Of a stretch of 64,000 nucleotides of DNA, positions 1 to 12,200 are shown one piece after another. Origin of the DNA: Scyliorhinus canicula (lineage: Eukaryota). Position 1 is the first letter of the stretch, and each line of letters begins with the position of its first letter. Made by a program: the position numbers and the translations under genes. Where the stretch lies: the NCBI RefSeq assembly GCF_902713615.1, contig NC_052154.1:31610322-31674321 (forward strand), read 5' to 3'. Below the pieces are notes generated by a model that was given only the letters and a program-made list of their open reading frames with translations, did not search any database and was not told the origin of the DNA.

Positions 1-161
1 GCAAACGGCTGGGGCGGTCGGGCCAGACCGTCCATATACGCCACGCCCCCAGTTTAGGGGTGGCCTGTTCCGCTCGGCATGAATAAAAGCTGGTGTCCGG
101 AAGGGGAGTTGGGTGCGTGAGGGCTGATTCTCAGACTGTGTTTATAGAAAACGGTGTGGCA
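1..161 (+). promoter_or_regulatory. APRT GC-rich proximal promoter / 5' UTR
   Basis: CpG-rich; GC boxes GGGGCGG (11) and CCACGCCCC (41) and an ETS-like CCGGAAG (about 97) just upstream of the ATG, as expected of a housekeeping promoter. Confidence 0.6.
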
Positions 162-259
162 ATGTGTTCCGAGTCGCAATCGCTGGAAGAGAAGCTACAA
201 CTGGTGCGCAACAGCATCAAGTGTTATCCTGACTTCCCCATCCAGGGCATCCTGTTCCG
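162..259 (+). CDS. APRT: APRT exon 1 (coding part)
   Basis: ATG at 162; encodes ...[12 protein letters not shown]; donor CG|gtgagt at 260. Confidence 0.93.
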
Positions 260-3200
260 GTGAGTTTCCCCTGTCTTCTCCCCATCACTCCTTTCTAACG
301 ATACATGTGGCCTGGCAGTCGGACTCTTTGAGGAACTGCAAAAATAACCTCTGCTGAGGGGGCTTTAAGTACTTTTGGGTCTGCATTGATCAGCTCCTGC
401 AAGCATGGGCGCTCGGTCCAGCATTGATCAGCTCCTGCAGCATGGGCACTCGGTCCAGCATTGATCAGCTCCTGCAGCATGAGCATTTGGTTCAGCATTG
501 ATCAGCTCCTGCAGCATGGGCACTCGGTCCAGCATTGATCAGCTCCTGCAAGCATGGGCGCTCGGTCCAGCATTGATCAGCTCCTGCAGCATGGGCATTT
601 GGTCCAGCATTGATCAGCTCCTGCAGCATGGGCACTCTGTCCAGCATTGATCAGCTCCTGCAGCATGGGCACTCGGTCCAGCATTGATCAGCTCCTGCAG
701 CATGGGCACTCGGTCCAGCATTGATCAGCTCCTGCAGCATGGGCATTTGGTCCAGCATTGATTAGCTCCTGCAGCATGGGCACTCGGTCCAGCATTGATC
801 AGCTCCTGCCGCATGGGCATTTGGTCCAGCATTGATCAGCTCCTGCAGCATGGGCATTTGGTCCAGCATTGATCAGCTCCTGCAGCATGGGCACTCGGTC
901 CAGCATTGATCAGCTCCTGCAGCATGGGCACTCTGTCCAGCATTGATCAGCTCCTGCAGCATGGGCACTCTGTCCAGCATTGATCAGCTCCTGCAGCATG
1001 GGCACTCTGTCCAGCATTGATCAGCTCCTGCAGCATGGGCACTCGGTCCAGCATTGATCAGCTCCTGCAGCATGGGCACTCGGTCCAGCATTGATCAGCT
1101 CCTGCAGCATGGGCACTCTGTCCAGCATTGATCAGCTCCTGCTGCATGGGCACTCGGTCCAGCATTGATCAGCTCCTGCAGCATGGGCACTTGGTCCAGC
1201 ATTGATCAGCTCCTGCAGCATGGGCACTCGGTCCAGCATTGATCAGCTCCTGCAGCATGGGCACTCGGTCCAGCATTGATCAGCTCCTGCAGCATGGGCA
1301 CTCGGTCCAGCATTGATCAGCTCCTGCAGCATGGGCATTTGGTCCAGCATTGATCAGCTCCTGCAGCATGGGCACTCGGTCCAGCATTGATCAGCTCCTG
1401 CAGCATAGGCACTCTGTCCAGCATTGATCAGCTCCTGCAGCATGGGCACTCGGTCCAGCATTGATCAGCTCCTGCAGCATGGGCACTCGGTCCAGCATTG
1501 ATCAGCTCCTGCAGCATGGGCACTCGGTCCAGCATTGATCAGCTCCTGCAGCATGGGCACTCGGTCCAGCATTGATCAGCTCCTGCAGCATGGGCACTCG
1601 GTCCAGCATTGATCAGCTCCTGCAGCATGGGCACTCTGTCCAGCATTGATCAGCTCCTGCAGCATGGGCACTCGGTCCAGCATTGATCAGCTCCTGCAGC
1701 ATGGGCATTTGGTCCAGCATTGATCAGCTCCTGCAGCATGGGCACTCGGTCCAGCATTGATCAGCTCCTGCAGCATGGGCACTCGGTCCAGCATTGATCA
1801 GCTCCTGCAGCATGGGCACTCGGTCCAGCATTGATCAGCTCCTGCAGCATGGGCACTCGGTCCAGCATTGATCAGCTCCTGCAGCATGGGCACTCGGTCC
1901 AGCATTGATCAGCTCCTGCAGCATGGGCACTCGGTCCAGCATTGATCAGCTCCTGCAGCATGGGCACTCGGTCCAGCATTGATCAGCTCCTGCAGCATGG
2001 GCACTCGGTCCAGCATTGATCAGCTCCTGCAGCATGGGCACTCGGTCCAGCATTGATCAGCTCCTGCAGCATGGGCACTCGGTCCAGCATTGATCAGCTC
2101 CTGCAGCATGGGCATTTGGTCCAGCATTGATCAGCTCCTGCAGCATGGGCATTTGGTCCAGCATTGATCAGCTCCTGCAGCATGGGCACTCGGTCAAGTA
2201 ATGTGGGGGGGATCTGTTGTGCAAAAACTTGGAAGTGTAATTTCCTAACTCCTGATTACACCATTGTGGAAACGATCAACTCTAGAGGACAGGTTAATAG
2301 GAAAACAAGACTGACTTCCTTCCAAATGTACCTCTTATCTCTGCCCAGTCTCAGTGTATCTGAGACTGAGAAATGTGAAGTCAGTAAATTGGCCAGCTGC
2401 AGTGCAGGGTTTTGCAAAGTGGGTGTGGTGAAGATGTTTCCACTTTCTCGGGAGATCTAAACAAAAGCTACAGTCATGACAGTCACAAATCAATCCAATA
2501 GGGAATTCAAGGACAACTTCATTACCTGAGTTTAAAAATAAAATTGCTGGTCTGAAATATACAAAACAGGTTTGGAGCAACTGGAGAGAGAAACTGGATT
2601 AATGTTTAAGTTTGATGACCCTTTGTCAAGAATCCAATATGTCATATGCAATGTTCACTTTTTTGTTGTAGCTAAGGTCATTTAAATAGTAGTGCACTGC
2701 AGGAGATTCGTTTTAGACTGTCAATCTGCACCAGGGTTTGTGCCATCCAATCCTGTTTCCTGCAATTTTTCTCCTTCCCAGTACTTACATTTCTTTTTCT
2801 TTTGAAGACTACAATTGAACATGTAGCTACTGTCCCAACAGGCAATGCATTCCAAATCCAAACAAAAATGTTTTTCCCAATGCTGTGTTTGGTCCTTTGG
2901 TCAACCACCTCCAATCTATAACCTCTTTCATTGACTCTTCTGATGTCGCTGGTTTGTTTGGCAGTGATTTTGAAATTAAGTGTCATTGACCCTTCTGCTG
3001 TTGTAGGACCCTTCAGCCCTGGGACCATTCTTGTAAATCTCACCTGCACTGTCTCCGAAGCCTTCAGAGTTTCTGCCAGAATGGGGCACCGTTCTCTGTC
3101 TGAGATCAAACCAGTCTTGTGTTTATATATACATTTAGCATGATAATGTCCTAACTTCTGTACTCTGTATTTGTAAATCCCATGTGCTTCATTAACTGTT

Positions 3201-6200
3201 TTTTGTTAATCTAATCTTCCACCTGCAAATACACAAGCACCCTTGGGTCTTTCGTTTCTTGTACCAACTAGCTTTCATTCTTCCGACTAAAATATATAAC
3301 CTTGTACTTTTGTGTTGATTTAATCTTTTTCATCATTCCATGAGTCCGTTTGCTGTATTGATAACTATTGCCAACGTCCTCCCCATTTACTACGCTTCCA
3401 AGTTTTGTGTTATCAACACATTTCAAAATTTTACCGTGTGCCTCTCAAGCCCATGTCATTAGTGTATAATAAAAATAATAGTGGTCCTAGAACTGAACCC
3501 TGGGTAACTCCATTGTGTACCTCCCTCCTGAGCACAAAAGTAATTCATCACAGTTTTTTATACACTGAGCCAATGTGTTGCCCTATTAATCTCCTGGGTT
3601 TTCATTCTGCTAATAAGCCTGATTTGTAATACTAGAACAATACAGCACAGGAACAGGCCCTTCGGCCCTCCCAAGCCTGCGCAGTATCCTATTAAACAAG
3701 TCATCTATATATGCAACGTCACTGCCTTCATCCACCCCCTGTTAGTTCATCAAAAAAACAGAATCAAATTAGTTGAACACAATTTACTCATCAATTCCAT
3801 GCTGTATTTCCTCTAGGGGATTCGCTGGTAATGTCACTGGACTAGTAATCAGAGGCTCAGACTAATGCTGTGGGAACATGCGTTCCAATCCATTTGGCAA
3901 CTGGGTGGTATTTGTGATACCACATTCAACTAATAAAATTTGTAACTGGAAGCTGAGTAATCTGTCACTGATTTGTCACTAAACCCATCTTTCAGGGAAG
4001 GGGAAGTATGTGCTCCTGTCATGAGGCAGCGTTGCCACATCACTTAGTCATAGAGATTTACAGCATGAAAACAGGCCCTTTGGCCCAATTTGTCCATGCT
4101 ACATATCACTAAAGCTAAAAAAAAGGGTACATTGCAAACCATGCACCTCTACCAACAATCCATCATTAAATCTGCACGGGTGAATCCAAATTAATACCCA
4201 CCCCCTCAATACAGTTAACAACTAACTGATGGACAATAACACTTGGGACTGTCATAATATTCACCAGTATATCATGGTGCAGACACACACACTGATGGAT
4301 ATACAGTAGGACCAATCAACATGCATAACACCGCAACCAATCACCAGTTAGAGCACACTCACTATAAAGACAGAGGGCATCAGTTTTCCCGCTCATTCGG
4401 GATGCAGCCTCTCAGAAGGACAGAGCTTACAGCTTACAGCACAGATCCTCACCATGTGCTGGCTGAGTGATTAGACTGGTTAGGATAGGCACAGGTCTTT
4501 AGTTTAATCTAACATTGTGTTAACCCACAGTCAAAGTATGTTCAAAAGTTTGTAGTTTAATAAAATAGTGTTGTACTATTTTAAGTGTCGGTGGCCTGTA
4601 TGTGTTCCACGGATCCAGAGCACCCAACACATCAGGGACACTTCGCAGTTTGTAGTCACATTATGTAACAAGCATTTAGACATTTTAGAAATCCACTCTA
4701 ATGTAAAGATGTAGCTTTAAATATCTGGCTTTGGAAGTCAAAGTCACAGTCTACGTTCAGTGTTTTGCCGCTGTGTTCAATTTCAAAATAATTTTAGATG
4801 GGGTTGGTGAGTATTTCACCATTTTATCTCAGATACTGCAGTCTTCATTTTACTCTGGTCCCCTTGCAAGCTCCTTACTAAAATATTTTGTTTTTTGTTT
4901 TTGTTTATCCATCACCGCTGTCTGGAAGATACAAACGCTCCACAGTATCCAGACAACATGATTACACACAAGAGATCCCTATAATCTAACTATCTCAATT
5001 AACTAGTTCTTTCAGTGCACTGGCAGGTTGACTGCTGGGTGGGAATTGCCATGTTATGCCATCTTAATTTGGTCTATCCTTCGGTAGCTCAGCTGGTACA
5101 GCAGAGGACTGTAGATGATTAAAGCTGACATCCTTGGGTCACTGGTTCAGTTCTGGCTTGAAAGAATCCATCGGACCTTCATGTCTCTGGCTGGTGCCTC
5201 ATCCAATCTTTTTTTTAAAAAAAAAGAAAGTGCTCAGTTAATGGCAGAACAGACTCTGAGCTAATTGACCAGCTCCTGTTCCTACGTCCTGTGTTAAAAT
5301 GACAAGCATCAGGAACCGAGTGCAGATTGTGTTCTGAAGCTGTTTTAACAGCATACCCTTAAGTGGAATTCAATTGCCCTTAGTTTCTGTCAGATTAGAG
5401 ATTTATAAAAATACTTTGGAGATTGTCTTGTCGCCGTACAGAAGTTTCAAAGAACTAAAATCAAACCTAGTTGAAACAGTGTAATAAAACCATTGAAAGT
5501 ACTCCACTTTTATCTGGATTCTGTTCTTTTTTTCCCAACAAAGTAGCAGGGTGGACTCGTCTGCAGATTTTGCCAATAAATGTTGATCTTTGAATCATGG
5601 TACGGGACTGCTTGGGTTGCATGACTGTTGACTGTTGCATACAATCTACTAACTAGTTTCAAAGTGGCATTGATAGAAATTTGAAAGGAAGGCGACAGAT
5701 GGAGATGGAATGAATGAAGTGGTGTGGGCTGGAGATGAAGATGATGGTGATTGGGCAAAATAGGGTTAACTAAACTAAATCAGTTGAGTAGATGGCAGTT
5801 GCTATGTGAGAGGAGTAGAACCACGAAATGTTACAGCATGGTAAAGTGGTCAGTAAAATGTTACAGCATGGTAAAGTGGTCAGTAACTGTGCAGATTCTT
5901 TGACACTTCAATTTTAAAAAAAATTTGGCGTACCCAATTAATTTTTTCTAATTAAGGGACAATTTAGCATGGACAAATCACCTGCCTTGCACATCTTTCG
6001 ATTGTGGGGGCAAAACCCACGCAAACATGGGGAGAATGTGCAAACTCCACACGACAGTGATCCAGGGCCGGGATTGAACCTGAGACCTCGGTGCCGTGAA
6101 GCTGCAGTGCCACCCACCGTGCTCCCCATAATACTTCACTTTTTAAAAACCCTTTTTTCTTTTAAATGTTTCCAGCTTAATCCAACTTGCCTTCTGCTTC

Positions 6201-9200
6201 CACTTCTGGGGCTGGATTCTCTGACCTCCACCCCCGCCGGGTCGGAGAATCGCCGGGGGAGCGCGTGAATCCCACCCTGCCGTCTCCTGAAGCCTCCGGC
6301 ACCAGAGATTGGGCGGGAATTGCGCAGTGCCTGTCGACAGGCACCCCCCGGCGATTCTCCGGCCCGCGATGGGCCGAAGTCCTGCTGCTGTAATGCTGGT
6401 CCCGCCGGCGTGAATCAAAGCGCCTCCCTTACCGGCGGCAGGCTCCGGGGTCCTCGGCGGGGGGGGGGGGGGGGGGGCAATCTGGCCCCGGGGGGTGACC
6501 CCACGGTGGCCTGGCCCGCGATCGGGGTCCACCGATGTGCGGGCGGACCTGTGCCGTGGGGGCACTCTTCCTTCCACGTTGGCCATAGCCTTCACAATGG
6601 CGGACGCGGAAGTGACCCCCTCCCCTGCGCATGCGCGGGGATGACATCCGTAGCCACTGATGCTTCGGCGCATGCGCGTACTTCCGCTGGCCGGCGAAGT
6701 CCTTTCGGCCCCGGCTGGCGTGGCGCCAAAGGCCTTTCCCGCCGGTCGGCAGGGCGCCAACCACTCCGGCGCGGGCCTAGCCCCCTCAAGGTTGGGGCTT
6801 GGCCCCTAAAGGTGCGGAGAAATCCGCACCTTTGGGGCGGCCTGACGCCAGAGTAGTTCACGCCACTCCATCCCGCCGGGACCCCCCGCCCCGCTGGGTA
6901 GGGGAGAATCCAACCCCTGTTTCTGATCAGGTATTCAATTTGCATATTCTTTTTTTAAACTTCTAATCTCACCCTTCGTTCTTTTGTTGAAAGATTTATG
7001 CACTCTAATTACTGACTTAATTGACCACCACTATGGCCAGCTTCTTTAATTGTTTTTAATTTGTTTATTACCCTCGTGGAAGACGAGCTTCTAGTAATTC
7101 TGTGGATTGGGAGTGTAGACATGGCACTTACTGAGCAAGGTACAGATAAACCTGGTGTGTTTGTACATGAGCCTGGTGCAGGTTTCATGATTAACTTTTC
7201 CCTGACCTTTTTAAAAGATACAAATTTATTGATTCAAATTTGGTAATTTTATACAGTGGCACAATTTAATAATGACAAAAAATCACACCCTCAGAGTTGC
7301 GAGCCCAATAAATGTTATAACCACGGTGCTACTTTACCCAAGAGTCTTTCAGTCCTTGGGCGCGGTTCTCTGAAAAAATGTCTATTTTCATTTTTCTTTT
7401 TCAGGGGAGTTTCCCACAGGCTCTGCTGGTGAGTTCCCCACCACTAGCCAATGGCACGTAGTCACTTTTTTGGGCCCTCGGGAGTTGCTCACCAGTTTAG
7501 CCCACGCTTAAAAAAAATTTTACGCATGGGAGAGCTGAACTCTTAAATCGGGCTGCCATTTTGAAAGTGTGCCCCGATCTCTAAGTGAGCTTCTGGGTCT
7601 CCCCACAAACATGGGCACTTCCCCAGGTGTGGAACACCCTGCTATGGGGTCCCTGTGCCCCCCCCCCCAAGCTCCCTGACAGCACCCCATCGCTTCCAGG
7701 ACCCCTAACCATAACCCCCCACCCCAACCCAGAGCCCCTACTTCCCTGCTCTGCATACCCCACCTCTTCGACCCTTGGCTGTCAACTGGGCAACCGTACC
7801 CTGTTACCCAGGCAGTGCCCCTGCCAGCTTGGCAGTGCCACCTGGGCACCTTGCCAGTGCCACCTGGGCAATGCCAATGTGCCCACATTCCAGGAGGCAA
7901 TCCTGACTACCCAAGGGTCTCTGATTGTCTGGGAGACCCCCCAGGTGCTGTTCTACGTTCTTGTGGACCAGCACTGATTGGCACCTGGCTGCAGCCTCCC
8001 TGGGGAGGCCAGAGAATTGTGGGAGGCTAGAGTATCTTCGGTAAGTAGGTTTAAGACCAATGTCCGCGAGCGCCATTTGGTCCTGCCCCTTGGGTGAATC
8101 CCGCAAGATGCGGAGGCTGCCGGCTCTCCCAGGATTCTCCAGCCATGTTGTGCTCTCGTTCGAGCGCAACGCGGCCAGAGAATTGTGCCCATTTTATAAC
8201 TAAAGACTTTAGGATTGGTATTATCTTGGTTATGCTCTTCTGTCTCTTTTCTGTAAGTGAGAGAGAAAACGGTGTCTCAATGTTAACACCTTTGGGATGT
8301 TTACATCCCTTCCATAAATTGGAATCCAATATGAATCCCATAGTTCCAGGCAATAGCTAGTTTGGTGATTTTTTCTTTTTGGTCAGTTGATGGAATAAAT
8401 GTGCTTTAAGGTGTAGATAAAATAATTAAAAAATTAAGTTTCTCTCCGATTGCTCGTATTCAGCAACTTTAATGTTGTGTGGAAAATAGAAGAACAGTAG
8501 CTGCCTGCTGTCAGTAATTTGTAAGTGTTGGTTTTCCTTTAACCCATTATGATATTACATTACTCCTGAGATTTAAAGTTACTGAAATGTCTCCAAAGCT
8601 GCCAATTCCTCTAACCACTCCTAGGGACACATAAATTGCCAGTGTTTCTACATGTAAATACATTTTATATAATAACTTTGCACTCTCTCTTTTTTTCAGA
8701 GACATCTTCCCTCTTTTGTATCACCCCAAAGCCTTCAGTGCAGTTATTGACCTCTTTGAAGATCATTTGAGAAATACATTTCCCCAGATTGATTTAATTG
8801 TCGGTAAGTCTCTCAGGGAGTTGCATTAAATTGTCCTTTAAATTGGAACTTTTTTAGAGGCAGAGGAATTTGGGAGATCCTTCCAAGAGTAAAGCACAAA
8901 GATGACTGTCTTCTCATACCAGCTCTATGCCTATCTCGTAGTCTGGGTAATGAGTGTCATTAGACTCTTTAATAGGCAGTGCTGAGACCGGTTAATCCAC
9001 TGGCCTAGTGGATGAAACCACCAGTGAGGTAATGGAGCCTTATAGAACATAGAACTGTACAGGCCCTTTGGCCCACGATGTTGTGCCGAATTAGTCTGAA
9101 ACTAAGATCAAATCAACCTACTCCCAATCATTCTAGTGCACTCCATATGCCTATCCAATAACCGCTTGAAAGTTCCTAAAGTGTCCAACTCCACTACCAT

Positions 9201-12200
9201 AGCTGGGAGTGCGTTCCACGCTCCAACCAGTCTCTGAGTAAAGAACCTACCTCTGACATCCCTCCTATATCTTCCACCATGAACCTTATAGTTATGCCCC
9301 CGTGTGACAGTTATATCCACCTGAGAAAACAGTCGCTGAATGTCCACTCTATCTATCCCTCTCATCATCATATACACCTCAATTAAGTCACCTCTCATCC
9401 TCCTTCGCTCCAATGAGAAAAGCCCTATCTCCCTCAACCTTTCCTCATAAGACCTACCCTCCAATCCAGACAGCATCCTGGTAAATCTCCTTTGCACCCT
9501 TTCCAATGCTTCCACATCCTTCCTATAATGAGGTGACCAGAACTACACACAATACTCCAAATGTGGTTGAACCAAGGTCTTGTACAGTTGCAGCATAACC
9601 TCACAGCTCTTAAACTCAATCCCCCGGTTAATAAATGCTAACACACTATAGGCCTTCTTCACGGCTCTATCCACTTGGGTGGCAACCTTCAGAGATCTGT
9701 GGACATGAACTCCGAGATCTCTCTGCTCCTCCACATTCTTCAGAACCCTGCTGTTAACCCTGTAATTCGCATTCAAATTTGTCCTACCAAAATGAATAAC
9801 CTCACACTTGTCAGGGTTAAACTCCACCTGCCACTTTTCAGCCTATCTCTGCATCCTATCAATGTCTCTTTGCAGCCGACAACAGCCCTCCATATTATCC
9901 ACTACTCCACCAATTTTGGTGTAATAAGCAAATTTACTAACCCAACCTTCAACTCCATCCTCATTGATAAAAATCACAAATAGCAGAGGACCCGGCACTG
10001 ATCCCTGTGGTACACTGCTGGTGACTGGGCTCCAGGGTGAAAATTTACCATCTACCACCACCCTCTGCATTCTATGTGATAGCCAGTTACTGATCCAATC
10101 AGCCAAATCTCCCTCTATGCCAAGCCTCCTTACTTTCTGCATGAGCCGCCATGGGGCACCTTATCAAACGCCTTACTAAGATCCATGTATACAACATCAA
10201 CTGCTCTACCTTCATTTATGTACTTAGTTACTTCCTCATAGAATACAGTCAAACTTGTGAGGCAAGACTTACCCCTCACAAATCCGTGCTGACTTTCCTG
10301 GATTAAGCTATATCTTTCCAAATGATTATAAATCCTATCCCTCAGGACCCTTTCCAATAATTTACCTATGACCGAAGTGAGACTAACCAGCCTATAATTC
10401 CCAGGGTTATACCTATTCCCTTTCTTGAACAAGGGGACATTTGCCTCTCTCCAGTCTTCTGGCACTATTCCCAAAGACAGTGAGGACATAAAGATCAAAG
10501 CCAAAGGCTCTGCAATCTCATCCCTCGCCTCCCAAAGAATCTTAGGATATATCCCATTAGGTCCAGAGGACATATCTATCCTCTGGCTTCTCAATTTCTA
10601 ACACATTCCTTCCGTATATCTACCTCCTCCAGCCTACCAGCCTGTATCGTACTATCCTCCTCAACAACATGGCTCCTCTCCTTTGTGAACACTGAAGAAA
10701 AGTATTCATTTAGGGCTTCTCCTATATCTTCAGACTCCATAAACACATTCCCACTACTGTCCTTGACCGGCCCTAACTTCACCTTGGTCATTCTTTTGTT
10801 CCTCACCTAAGTGTAAAAAGCCTTGGGGTTTTCCTTGATCCTACCTGCCAAGGACTTCTCATGCCCCCTCCTAGCTCTCCTAAGCCTTTTCTTGAGCTCC
10901 TTCCTAGCTATCTTGTACCCCTCAAGTGCCCTAACTGAATGTTTTCTCATCCTTACATAAGCCCCCTTCTTCCTCTTGACAAGACATTCAACCTCTTTTG
11001 TAAACCATGGTTCCCTCACTCGAGCATTTCCTCCCTGCCTGACGGGGACATACATATCAAGGACATGCAGTATTTGCTCCTTTGAACAAGCTCCACCTCT
11101 CAATTGTGCCTATCCCTGACAGTTCCTGTTTCCATCTTATGCTCCCCAATTCTTGCCTAAAGGCATTGTAATTAGGTGACCGCTCCTTTCCTATTTCTAA
11201 CTTCAGCCCACAATACCTCAGTAGACAGATCCTCCTCAAACTGCCTTTCTGCAGTCATTATACTATCCTTGATTAACAATGCTACTCCTCCACCTCCTTT
11301 ACCACCTCCCCTAATCTTACTGAAACATCTAAATCCCGGAACCTCCAACAACCATTCCTGCCACTGTTCTATCCATGTCTCCGTAATGGCCACAACATCG
11401 TAGTCCCAGGTACCAATCCATGCTTCAAGCTCATCAACCTTATTCCTGATGCTCCTCGCATTGAAATATACACACTTCAAACCACCTTCATGCCTGCAGG
11501 TCCACTCTTGTGACCTTGGTACCTTCCTCAGTCCTGCAGTACCCTCGGTACCTTCCTCAGTACTGCACTAGCCTTGCTAGCTGTGAAGCTATTTCCCAAC
11601 TGTAGTGCCCTCGGGTAAGGAGTGGGAGAGAGGAAGAAGTAGAAAAGCTAAATAAAATCTGTTTATTTATACTGGTGTACACTTGGGGAAAGACAAAACA
11701 AGTGGATAGTAAACATGACAAGAAAATCTTGGATTTGGTACCCAATGTAAGAGCAGTAATGGTAGCACAGTGGGTAGCATTGTTGCCTCACAGCTCCAGG
11801 GTCCCAGGTTCGATTCCTGGTTTGGGTCACTCTGTGCGGCGTCTGCATGTTCTCCCCATGTCTGTGTGGGTTTCCTCCCACAGTTCCCAAAAGACGTGCT
11901 GTTAGGAATTTGGATATTCTCCGTGTGCCCGTATAGGCACCGGAATGTGGCGACTAGGGGAATTTCACACTAAATTTATTGCGGTATATGCCTACTTGTG
12001 ATGATCAAGATTATTTATTAATAGACAAGAGCTGAAGCTTAGTTCCCCACCTATATTTCCAAATTGCCTCCTACCTTCAATGAATTATGTAGGAATGTTG
12101 TTTGAAGTCCTTTATCGTTTGTAAAATATTACATGCGAGGGGCAGCATGGTGGCGCAGTGGGTTAGCCCTGCAGCCTCACGGCACCGAGGTCCCAGGTTC

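Noticed and set aside
381-2195. CRISPR array (37-bp repeats)
   Set aside because: Units are contiguous with no unique spacers, there are no cas genes, and it lies in a vertebrate intron.
5826-5886. 30-bp tandem duplication (also small ones near 11518 and 24219, and the CA repeat near 22543)
   Set aside because: Ordinary slippage events deep in introns.
6143-6945. Long overlapping Arg/Gly/Pro-rich ORFs here and at 47308..47830, 49357..50070 and 54054..54866
   Set aside because: GC-rich MITE sequence lacks stops by composition; no recognisable domains.
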